From a virus, in the IMG/VR virus record IMGVR_UViG_3300017963_000271, positions 4,026 through 68,025 of that record: a stretch of DNA of 64,000 nt; one strand, given 5' to 3'. Positions within the stretch are counted from its first letter, which is position 1, and each line of letters starts with the position of its first letter. Below, in pieces: positions 55,479-64,000 of this stretch. The notes beneath the pieces were generated by a model. The model had not been told where the DNA came from and did no database searches. It saw nothing but the letters and a program-made list of their open reading frames with translations. The position numbers were made by a program, and so were the translations under genes.

Positions 55479-55667
55479 ATGAGCAAAGAGAAAGAAACCA
55501 AAGAACTGGTAATAAATAAAGCGTTAGAGGCTGTCATTGTCACCGTGTCTAATCTCGTGGAGGACCTGGAATCTATCGGCTTCGGAACCGATGATCCAGT
55601 GTGTGGCAGTGGCGCGGTTGATGTGATTAACCGGCATTGGGATAACCTTAAACTGATTGCGAATTAA
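55479..55667 (+). CDS. Hypothetical protein
   Basis: AGGAGG RBS; compact ORF. Confidence 0.55.
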   Translation: MSKEKETKELVINKALEAVIVTVSNLVEDLESIGFGTDDPVCGSGAVDVINRHWDNLKLIAN

Positions 55668-55779
55668 GGAGGGCTTCATGAGCAACAAATTACGTGGTTA
55701 TGTTTTGTTCGCATGGGCCATGATAGGCTTTGTAGTGGTCAGTGGCCTATTGACTTTAATCTATGGCTAGGAGGGATTC

Positions 55780-55962
55780 ATGAGCAAATCAAGATTCGCT
55801 AAAGGATGGTTTTGTGCCCGGTGCCACTGGATGCACTATCATGATGTAGATCAGTGCCAGGCATGTGGGGACCGGGAGATTGAGCCTGGGATGCTGCCTC
55901 TGATGATGGTGGCTCCGGGGAAGGCTGACATGCTGGATAAAAAACAGAGAAGGAGGCGTTAA
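55780..55962 (+). CDS. Zn-ribbon protein
   Basis: CARC...CQACG. Confidence 0.55.
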   Translation: MSKSRFAKGWFCARCHWMHYHDVDQCQACGDREIEPGMLPLMMVAPGKADMLDKKQRRRR

Positions 55963-55964
55963 GC

Positions 55965-56525
55965 ATGAAACTATACAAGTTAACGGACAAGAATGACCAG
56001 ACTTACGGCGGCTGTCAATGGGGAGAAAACGTCACCGTAGAAACGAGTGGCATAGGCAACTTATGTGGAGACGGATTTACTCATTGGTATACTCACCCAT
56101 TGCTGGCTGTTTTGCTAAATCCCATTCAGGGTAATTTTGACTTGGAAACCGCACACTTGTGGGAAGGTAAAGGAGAAGTGGTAAAGGATGATCGTGGATT
56201 GAAGGTGGGTTGTGTTAAGGCGCTTACCATTAAGCGCATACCTTTGCCTGAAGTCACACTGGCACAAAAAGTTGCATTCGGGATTTTGTGTGTATTAGAG
56301 GTATATGAAGAGAAGTCATTTAAAGTATGGGCAGAAAATTGGTTGTCTGGAAAAGATCGTTCAAAAAAGAGTGCTGCTGCTGCTGCTCATGCTGCTCATG
56401 CTGCTGCTGCTGCTGCTGCTTATGCTGCTGCTGCTTATACTGCTGCTGATGCTCATGCTGCTGATGCTTATGCTGCACCACTGAATTTCATTGTCATTGC
56501 TAAGAAAGCTATGAAAATTAAATAA
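55965..56525 (+). CDS. Hypothetical protein with poly-Ala (GCT) tract
   Basis: LYKLTD...QWG...LC..G..H.Y motif; GCT-rich tract 56372-56476. Confidence 0.7.
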   Translation: MKLYKLTDKNDQTYGGCQWGENVTVETSGIGNLCGDGFTHWYTHPLLAVLLNPIQGNFDLETAHLWEGKGEVVKDDRGLKVGCVKALTIKRIPLPEVTLAQKVAFGILCVLEVYEEKSFKVWAENWLSGKDRSKKSAAAAAHAAHAAAAAAAYAAAAYTAADAHAADAYAAPLNFIVIAKKAMKIK

Positions 56526-56533
56526 GGGAGGAA

Positions 56534-56761
56534 ATGATTATGAAGTGCCCAAAATGTGGGAAAGAAGAATGGTTCGTCACAGGTAATACTCATGACACTG
56601 TGGAATACTACGTTGACCTCCAGGAAGATGGGACCTTTGACATCACAGACGTAAAAGATGAGTTTGTGGGTGAGACTGATTGGTGGTCCTATGTTGAATG
56701 TGAAGAATGCGGATTTAAATTGGACCACCACACTATGGAGGCTTTCGAAGGAGATGATTAA
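56534..56761 (+). CDS. Zn-ribbon protein
   Basis: CPKCG...CEECG. Confidence 0.65.
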   Translation: MIMKCPKCGKEEWFVTGNTHDTVEYYVDLQEDGTFDITDVKDEFVGETDWWSYVECEECGFKLDHHTMEAFEGDD

Positions 56762-56990
56762 AGCCGGTATCATAGCCTGCTTATCGGGGGCAGTCCTCCT
56801 GGCCACTGGATTCTTTGCTCTCAGCTACCACGAGCTACAATGCCAGGTCAATTCCAACACGGCCCTTATTCAAGAATTGCGTCTTAAGGACCGCCCCCTC
56901 GTGGTGGTGAGTGGCAAGTATCCTGAGATCATAGCTACTCATGAGGATCTTGTAATAATGGAGGAGGACAAAGACAATGAAAGAGATTAG
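56754..56990 (+). CDS. Membrane-anchored protein
   Basis: MIKAGIIACLSGAVLLATGFFAL; AAGGAG RBS. Confidence 0.5.
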   Translation: MIKAGIIACLSGAVLLATGFFALSYHELQCQVNSNTALIQELRLKDRPLVVVSGKYPEIIATHEDLVIMEEDKDNERD

Positions 56991-57228
56991 ATTCGAGAGA
57001 ACGGTGGAGGCTTTTGGCCGAAACGGCTTCACCAAGAATATTGGATTATTCCTATCGGCTTATGATGATAGTCTCATTGCTTTGAGATATCTCAACAGCC
57101 GGGGAAACGTGGGCCGTGCCATGATCGAAGTCCCCATGGAAAACGTGCCGGAGCTCATTGAGGCGCTTGAGGAGCTCGTTGAGGAAGAAAGGCCGGATTT
57201 GTACGCAAAATATCTTGCAGGGTTTTAA
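56977..57228 (+). CDS. Hypothetical protein
   Basis: 83 aa; GGAGG RBS. Confidence 0.6.
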   Translation: MKEIRFERTVEAFGRNGFTKNIGLFLSAYDDSLIALRYLNSRGNVGRAMIEVPMENVPELIEALEELVEEERPDLYAKYLAGF

Positions 57229-57270
57229 GGATTCATGCGCAAGTTTTTTTTAGCTGCATGCACTTTTTTC

Positions 57271-57299
57271 TTGACATTGAACACTTCTCGCGCTATACT
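57271..57299 (+). promoter_or_regulatory. Sigma70-type promoter P4
   Basis: TTGACA-ttgaacacttctcgcgc (17 nt)-TATACT. Confidence 0.85.
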
Positions 57300-57324
57300 G
57301 ATTAATAGCAGGAGGGTATAAATC

Positions 57325-57504
57325 ATGGATACAGATCGAACCACTACAAGTCGAATCACCAATGCAGAGTTTTCCAAGAAAGATCCGGCATTCAAAGAGG
57401 CCTGTGAAAAGGCTCGTGTTGAGCGGACGCCTCGGCAGGCTTCCAAGTACCGCAACCAGAAGGGAAGCGCCTGGAAGGCACGCAAACCAAAAGACGGCGC
57501 CTAA
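57325..57504 (+). CDS. Small basic protein (59 aa), first gene after P4
   Basis: Manual translation MDTDRTTTSRITNAEFSKKDPAFKEACEKARVERTPRQASKYRNQKGSAWK...; AGGAGG RBS; below the ORF-track size. Confidence 0.7.
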   Translation: MDTDRTTTSRITNAEFSKKDPAFKEACEKARVERTPRQASKYRNQKGSAWKARKPKDGA

Positions 57505-57517
57505 AGGAGGACAATTA

Positions 57518-58992
57518 ATGTGGATCAAAAGACTTTTATCATTCAAGTTAGAAACAGGCACACGCTTTTATATGGATGTGGGCTTTGATTTCAAGGATGA
57601 GGCTGACTACTACCGTTTCCGAGGTTTTGTTGTAGCATTCGCCCCGGATGTAGTGCGTGAGTGGAGAGAGGATCATGTAGAGCTTGAAGCACGGCTGAGT
57701 ATCTACCTATGCTGTTTCTTTGTACGCTTCAGGTGGGATGCTGGAAGCATATCTTGTATCCCGCATGCAATAGTTCCAAGTAGGAGGGATTCATGAGCAC
57801 TTCAGAATACACGCAAGATGACAAAATATTAATGACTGAGTACCTGCGGTTTAGCTCTCCACATGAAGCAATTGACACTCAATACGGCACGATCCCTTAT
57901 GAGTTATACCTCATGCTTGAACAGAAGCGCATTCAAATGCTTGAAGCTAGAAGGGCTGTTATAGTCCGCCGCGACAAGCAGGTAGCATTGTTCGTGAATC
58001 GCGTGGCCGGGGAGCCCGAAGAGGGAGACGTGTGGATGAGCTGGATGGATACTGTCAAGGGGGAAATGTAGTGCAAGAGCGCTGGACCATCCACGCCTGT
58101 TCTGATGAGTGCAAATACTGGAAGGTGGTCAACACCATCCGGCGCGGGGAATTCTCCGAGTTGTGCGATCACCCGGACAACCCCACGGGCATTTGTACTA
58201 TTGAGAACTGTCCGCGTGCAATCAACAAGGAGGGCTTCACGTGCTGCAAAGGCTCTGGTTCATAGACTTAACTTATCAAGCTCCTACAATACCGTGTAGT
58301 GGTTACACACAATACATGATCCTGGAGCTTCCAAAACCTTCTATAAGGATTTGTTACCAATGGCACCAAGAATGGGTTCCCAAACGCATTCAACGTACAA
58401 AATAGTGGCGTATGTGCATGCTCACGAAATGGGTCCGCGTGTGACTAAGGAGTACATGGAAATGTTACAGAATGCTGTAAAGACAGCGCTGAAAGAAATG
58501 CCTGATGTCACCGGGATACAAGGTGTCGAGGTGTTGAAACAAGTAAGGAGGAAAACTTGATGAAAGATAGTCCTTGGATGAAAGACTGGCAGCGGGGCAC
58601 CCGCGCAGATTTTGCTTGTGTCGGTGGGCCGTATCGCACAGATCACATGTTCAAAAAACATGGCAAGCTTCCTAAAATGTATAAGCCTGGGGAGCAGCCT
58701 ATTTATTATCAAGCAAGAATTTTGAAACTTACATAGGAGGTGTTGTATGAAAGACAATTGGACCATTAAGGTCACAAACAAGGAAGGAGAGACATACACT
58801 GTCAACAAAGGTGATCACATTTGTGATTTCAAAGGGCGGTGTGGGTATGTTCTCAGCGTTAATGAACTCCCAGGAATAACAGATCCAGAAAGTGCTGTGT
58901 ATCACTCCTTCACTGTGGACCCTGGATTTGGTGTGATGATAGAAATTTTATTTAATGAGTTGGCTTACGTCACGCCCAAAGAGGAGGTATAA
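57518..58992 (+). other. Run of small hypothetical genes (57518-57796, 57793-58071, ~58071-58265, 58351-58560, 58747-58992)
   Basis: Closely packed ORFs, most with GGAGG-type RBS; no recognisable domains. Confidence 0.5.
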
Positions 58993-58995
58993 ACC

Positions 58996-59433
58996 ATGAA
59001 AGCCTGTAATCGCAAGCGAATCTATCTCGCCTGCCCTTACTCGTCTATGCTTGACAATGACAAATGGTGGGAAGATTTGAGATTCAATCTGGTCAACATG
59101 GCCGCAGCTTATCTTATGCTGGAAGGGTACATTGTTTATTCACCAATCTCACACACACACCCTATTGCACGGGCTGCTGGTAAATATCTCCCGCGCACCT
59201 GGGCGTTCTGGTCCGAGCAGGATTACCCATGGCTGGACATTTGTGATGAGATGTGTATCCTGGACCTTGCTGGTTGTGGGGAGAGTGTGGGTTTGCGGGA
59301 TGAGTATAACCGGGCCAGCAAGATGATGAAGAAAATCTGGTTTCTATCATGGAGGGATGTCTATGTCGGGCTCAAGAAGCACTGGAAAGAAGAAAAAGAG
59401 AGGCAACACAAAACAGGCCCCCATCTCTGGTAG
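58996..59433 (+). CDS. DUF1937 / nucleoside 2-deoxyribosyltransferase-like protein
   Basis: IYLACPYS, VYSPISHTH, W...D..WL..CD, ESVG...E. Confidence 0.75.
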   Translation: MKACNRKRIYLACPYSSMLDNDKWWEDLRFNLVNMAAAYLMLEGYIVYSPISHTHPIARAAGKYLPRTWAFWSEQDYPWLDICDEMCILDLAGCGESVGLRDEYNRASKMMKKIWFLSWRDVYVGLKKHWKEEKERQHKTGPHLW

Positions 59434-59652
59434 TTTTAATTCTATACCAGATCCGCCTAAAGATGTTATGGGGGCATGGGTGTTAAAGGTAGACAAGAGC
59501 GGGGAGTCCTTTGAGGGTGATACCCAGGAGTATCTTGACATGTTGCGTGAGAAGCTGGCCGCCCAAGGAAAGACCTTCACATTGACAGCTTCAAGTGACA
59601 GGCGCAAGATCACCAAGGACGGCGTTTCTATTTACGAGATATAGGAGGAGCC

Positions 59653-60006
59653 ATGGACTTCGATATTCCATTGTATAGGTGTGAAAAGCTTCACGCTAGA
59701 TTGTCAGCAGGCGCCTGCAAGAATATGCAATACCGTGCTATGAAGACATATTTTAAACATTTCTACGAGGGCCTGGACCTGGAAGACCTCGACATAAATG
59801 ACGTGGCTGTGATGAGTGCTTGTGCCGAGTGTCCGCGCAGTGTGTACAGGATTCCTGTGGATGAAGTGTTGGAAGCGTGTGCGGCGGACCTCAGGCAGCG
59901 CATTGATGCCGAGTATTGGGATCTGGAAGAACCAGAGATTGGTGGTGTGTCTCACGGTACTGCTAAGAGTTTGACAAACAATACCTGGGGCCACAGTGTA
60001 CTATAA
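59653..60006 (+). CDS. Hypothetical Cys-containing protein
   Basis: CEKL.ARLS..AC...CAEC; AGGAGGAG RBS. Confidence 0.55.
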   Translation: MDFDIPLYRCEKLHARLSAGACKNMQYRAMKTYFKHFYEGLDLEDLDINDVAVMSACAECPRSVYRIPVDEVLEACAADLRQRIDAEYWDLEEPEIGGVSHGTAKSLTNNTWGHSVL

Positions 60007-60137
60007 ACGGCTCACAGAGTGGCAAAAGGAACAGGCCTGGAAGCTTTACAAAGCAGGCGTGAAAATGCACCGCATTGCGGAGAGGATAGGAACCAGCAGG
60101 CCTACAATATGGCGTGTCATTAATGAGAGGAGAAAAG

Positions 60138-61043
60138 ATGATGGGCATACCCAAGTATCCTAAAGTCCTGGCCATAGGGCACCGGACCATTGCCAAGCTC
60201 TTTGATGGTCCGGTAGAAGTAACTGAGAAGATCGACGGGTCCCAATTCTCATTCGGCAAGCCTGCCGGGGAGCTAGTGTGCAGGACCCGCCGTACTAACC
60301 TCGTGGTGGACCTGCCGGATTCCATGTTTCGCCCCGCCGTGGAGCATGTGAAGACTGTAGAGCATCTTCTTGACCCGGACTTCGCATACTTTGGAGAGAC
60401 CCTAGCCAAACCAAAGCACAATGTCTTGGCTTATGACCGCGTGCCAAAAGGACACGTGGCGTTGTTTGGTGTTATGGATATTCGATCTAAAGAGATGCTG
60501 CCTTATAAGCTCATAGAGTGGTGGGCTGACACATTAGGCATGGATGTTGTGGCGCTTCTGGATGAAGGTGTGATCGAGCCCCATGCGGTGAGGGACTACC
60601 TGACAATAGACTCTATGCTTGGCGGTACCACCATCGAAGGAGTGGTCATAAAGAATTATGCCCATGATGCCATGATAGGAGATGCTGTTTATTATCCTTA
60701 TCTCGTGGGGAAATACGTTTCTGAGCGGTTCAAAGAGAGGGCGGGGAACAAGGCCTATGGCAGCAAGTCCCACAAGCAGACCCTGGATGAGTATTTCGCG
60801 TCTTTCCGTACTGAGGCGCGTTGGCGCAAAGCCATACAACATTTGAAGGAGGACGGCACATTCCTGGGAGAGCCCAAAGACATTGGCCCGCTTATCAAAG
60901 AGATCCAGTTGGATTTTATTGCGGAAGAGCTGGATAATGTCAAGGCGCGTTTGTGGAAGGAGTACCAGAAACACATTATGTCCTCTTTAACCAAGGGCTT
61001 TCCCGAATGGTTCAAGGAGCAATTGTTGGAGGGCAAACTATGA
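60138..61043 (+). CDS. RNA ligase (Rnl2-like nucleotidyltransferase)
   Basis: Motif I TEKIDGSQ, YFGE, LFGV, motif IV EGVVIK, motif V KYVSERFKE. Confidence 0.8.
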   Translation: MMGIPKYPKVLAIGHRTIAKLFDGPVEVTEKIDGSQFSFGKPAGELVCRTRRTNLVVDLPDSMFRPAVEHVKTVEHLLDPDFAYFGETLAKPKHNVLAYDRVPKGHVALFGVMDIRSKEMLPYKLIEWWADTLGMDVVALLDEGVIEPHAVRDYLTIDSMLGGTTIEGVVIKNYAHDAMIGDAVYYPYLVGKYVSERFKERAGNKAYGSKSHKQTLDEYFASFRTEARWRKAIQHLKEDGTFLGEPKDIGPLIKEIQLDFIAEELDNVKARLWKEYQKHIMSSLTKGFPEWFKEQLLEGKL

Positions 61044-62616
61044 AGCTGTACACAAGTGACATCGATACCAAGTCTGCCTTTTACAAGAACTGTAAACGAC
61101 AGCGCGCGCGGGAGGCCAAGATATGTCAGGACTGTCCATTTCGCAAACCACTAAAGAAAATGGAGGCACAACTCAATGCGTGGAATACAAGCAAAAAGGA
61201 TTCGTAAGCAAGTCTACGGGGACCACTCTATCCAGGATAGGAAGTATGAGACTGTTACTCATCCGCAACGGGTGCTTGCTGTGGTGGGGACGGATATCCT
61301 GGAACAAAAAATTTATTTTGCGACGACACTTCGAGCGCTAGGTAAAAGGAGGGAATACCAAGATGCCAAAAAAGAATACAAAAGAACAGGAACTATTTGA
61401 AGCATTACAAGATCTGTGGGATGCTTTTGGCAATCTGGTGGATGAAGTAGAGGATGAGTTTGATGGAGAAGCAGGCGCTACGTTGGATACACCGGAGACA
61501 AAAGCTTTGCGACGCCGTCTGCTGTTGTTAGGTATTAAAAATATCGATGACGCTGACGAGCTTCTGAAGGAGGACTAAATGCCAAAAAGCAATATAGAGG
61601 AGGTTTGTAGCACTTACCGTGTGATGACTGTGCGCTTCACAGATGGGCGAGAAATCATAGTATCTGTGCGCGGAGATTTAGTAACAGACGAAGAGGTGCA
61701 GAGTGGCGGTCTAGGCGTGTATGAAGTAGCCTTTACTGAAGCCTATCCGCTGCCTGAAGGTTATTACTTTGACTCCTGGCACCCGAAAGCCGCAATGGCT
61801 GTGCCGGGTAGTGAAACCAAACAATAATAGGAGGAGACAACATGATTGACATTATTCTCGATGAAAGCATCACGACTAATGAGGTCCTTACACCATGGAA
61901 GGACCAAATCATTGAATGCACAAAACTGCGTGTCGCTGCCAATGAACTAAAGGAGCAGGCCGCACAGCTAGAGGAGCAGGCTAACACAATTCTTTCAGCA
62001 ATCGCACAGTCCACTGGCGTGAAGGAATTCCCGTCCAATGCCGGCCAGCTTGCGTTTATCCCGGCGAATCCCGAGGGCTCCACGTCATTCAAGAAGGATA
62101 TACTCAAGAAGTTCCTTTTGAGTAAAGGCGTGGCTGCGGACATCATAGCGGATGGGTTCAAAGAAGCGACAAAAAAGAGCAACAAAAAAGAGCAGGTCAG
62201 GTGGACGCCGAGAAAGGAGGAAAAGTAATGCAAGCTGAGATAAATGTGTGGTGTGGCGATAAATATGGTGGAACTCCAATAGGCCGTATAAGGGTTGAAA
62301 AAGATGCCGTCCATGTTTATGGAGAGGCTGGGGTCCGTGAGATCTCCTTTTATTTCAATGACGAATCCGGTGTAATTGACTTCAAAAACAAGGTCCTAGC
62401 AGCATATGAAAAATATAGGAGAATCTTATGAAGCGTTATTTACTCTTTGCGGGATGGGAATATTATCCTCTTGGGGGCTGGGACGACTTGTACACCACCT
62501 TCGACAACAAAGATAACGCATTACAGAAATCCTTGAACCTTCTGGATGAAGGGCAGGGGGATTGGGTACAAGTTGTGGATAGCGTAACAGGAGAGGTACT
62601 TTTTAAGGCACCTTAA
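61040..62616 (+). other. Run of small hypothetical genes (61040-61207, 61176-61400, 61363-61578, 61579-61827, 61842-62228, 62228-62431, 62428-62616)
   Basis: Overlapping or abutting ORFs with RBS; the last has the common phage motif MKRYLLFAG..YYP.GGW.D. Confidence 0.6.
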
Positions 62617-62627
62617 AGGAGGGATTC

Positions 62628-63077
62628 ATGGACAAATTTTGGAAACACACAAGCGCATTGAAGTGGCTCATCGCTTCCACTCTGTTGCTATGGGGCGTCA
62701 TCACGGTCAACGAAGCGTTTGGGTATGAGATCACGCTTCGTAATGACTCCCAGTATGCCATGGTGGGGACCATCTTCTGGGTCAATCCAACCTCGGAATG
62801 GTCTCCAAACGGCGCGCCTGTCGCGGTGATGATGGCTGATCTGGAGCCGGGCCAGTCTCACGCACTCACTGCCTGGGATGATGTCAGTCGCCAGTTTATT
62901 GTGCGGTGGTTGCTGTCTCACACGAATCAGTTTGGAAATCGCTGCCCGGACAAAGTTCTTTTTGAAACGTATCAACATTTGATTCGAGTGCCACAGCTTA
63001 GCAAGAACGCTTCTATAACCATAAGTCAGATACACGTGGAAGACAATATCCCCTGGGTGCCGCAAAAGGAGGACTAA
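62628..63077 (+). CDS. Secreted or membrane-anchored protein
   Basis: Signal-like N-terminus, beta-rich body. Confidence 0.55.
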   Translation: MDKFWKHTSALKWLIASTLLLWGVITVNEAFGYEITLRNDSQYAMVGTIFWVNPTSEWSPNGAPVAVMMADLEPGQSHALTAWDDVSRQFIVRWLLSHTNQFGNRCPDKVLFETYQHLIRVPQLSKNASITISQIHVEDNIPWVPQKED

Positions 63078-63199
63078 TGTGGACATAGGACCAGGACTTC
63101 TACTTGCGATTATAGTTGTGTCTATGTGTGGTGTTATAGCTGTTGGCATAATTTGTGACACCATAACCGAAAAACGAAAAACAAAAAAGGAGGACTAAC

Positions 63200-63610
63200 A
63201 TGCCTTACATTGATCCTAAAGACAGGCCAAAGTTTCGTGATGTACTTAACAAGATGCCGATTATGAAAACAAAAGGTGAGCTTGAATACTGCATCTTTGT
63301 GCTCATGCGGCAGTACATGAGCGAGTTGCCTATCAAGTACAGCAATCTTCACGACACCGTATATGCAGCCCAGCACTGTGCGGATGAGTTTAGGCGCAGG
63401 TTTCTGGACGACAGGGAAGATGCTGCGCGGGCCAGCAATGGAGATATTTATTCATTCGAGGATGAGTGCAACCTGGAGATTATGTTGCAAGCAGCGGATA
63501 CGTCTGGATGGCTCTGTAAAAAGTGTGGAACTTGGTGGCCTGTCACATGGGCTATCTGTCATAAATGTGGCCGGTCACGGAAAAGTCAGGAGGGACCCAA
63601 CTCATGGTAG
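63200..63610 (+). CDS. DUF6899-like protein with C-terminal Zn finger
   Basis: MPYI...R...GELEY.I...EFRRR; WLCKKCG....AICHKCG. Confidence 0.65.
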   Translation: MPYIDPKDRPKFRDVLNKMPIMKTKGELEYCIFVLMRQYMSELPIKYSNLHDTVYAAQHCADEFRRRFLDDREDAARASNGDIYSFEDECNLEIMLQAADTSGWLCKKCGTWWPVTWAICHKCGRSRKSQEGPNSW

Positions 63611-63966
63611 ACAGGCGCGTGAAAGATAGCAGGAGAAGTTTTTCTTGGATTGCGGCGGCTTTTCTTGGCACCGTTCTTTTATGTTTTTGTATAGCCGGCG
63701 TAAAAGGCTGTAGTGACAAAGCGCGCGCAGGATACAGAGTCATGGCCATGGCAGACGGTTCCTATGTAGTCCAGGAATATGTCCATTGGGCGGTGGGATG
63801 GCAGCGTTGTATAGGACCCGGGAAGTCTATTTTTGAAGATAAGGACGCTGCTTGTTATGTGGCACAAAAGTTGATTGAAGCGCGCCGGGCAGAAAGGTTG
63901 GCGAATACAGAAGTGGGTGTGTTGCAGTGTCCTGTGTTTGGACCTGATTATGATTTCTCAGACTAG
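63604..63966 (+). CDS. Membrane-anchored hypothetical protein
   Basis: TM helix near the N-terminus; probable start MVDRR. Confidence 0.5.
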   Translation: MVDRRVKDSRRSFSWIAAAFLGTVLLCFCIAGVKGCSDKARAGYRVMAMADGSYVVQEYVHWAVGWQRCIGPGKSIFEDKDAACYVAQKLIEARRAERLANTEVGVLQCPVFGPDYDFSD

Positions 63967-64000
63967 CCGAATTTCTTGATCAAGAAAATCACGCCAAAAT

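Noticed and set aside
57362-57517. N-terminal part of ORF 57362-57796
   Set aside because: Overlaps the better-supported 59-aa gene 57325-57504; the real start is probably ATG 57518 after AAGGAGG.
1-64000. Prophage, integrase or alternative genetic code
   Set aside because: No integrase, att site or host genes seen; long ORFs are intact in the standard code and use all three stop codons.

Overview
The window is most of a tailed dsDNA phage genome with podovirus-like architecture; no integrase, CRISPR array or host genes are visible. Minus strand, 52.8 kb to 11.7 kb: TerS, TerL, an APS-kinase-like gene, a sigma factor, portal, scaffold, major capsid, a sulfotransferase, tail and ejection proteins, a 3771-aa polyvalent protein (ART, B12/radical-SAM, RadC/JAB, HEXXH, LPD38-like), a tail fibre and a lysis cassette containing a secreted trypsin-like protease. 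Minus strand, 11.5 kb to 1: an atypical tRNA-His and a replication/recombination module (BCS1-like AAA, DinG helicase, phosphoesterase, PD-(D/E)XK nuclease, Sak4-like ATPase, ERCC4 nuclease, UDG). Plus strand from 54 kb: many small early-type genes and an RNA ligase. The most striking system is a stand-alone Cas7/RAMP-like gene (3217-3813) followed 7 nt after its stop by a non-coding array of five units, each of 8-10 GGY-NN pentamers with variable NN. This is a candidate RNA-guided system with a non-contiguous guide code. Second is an 89-bp element (eight phased NNNCACNN octamers plus a conserved 25-nt tail) present three times in intergenic regions. All protein calls come from motif recognition by eye, not database searches.
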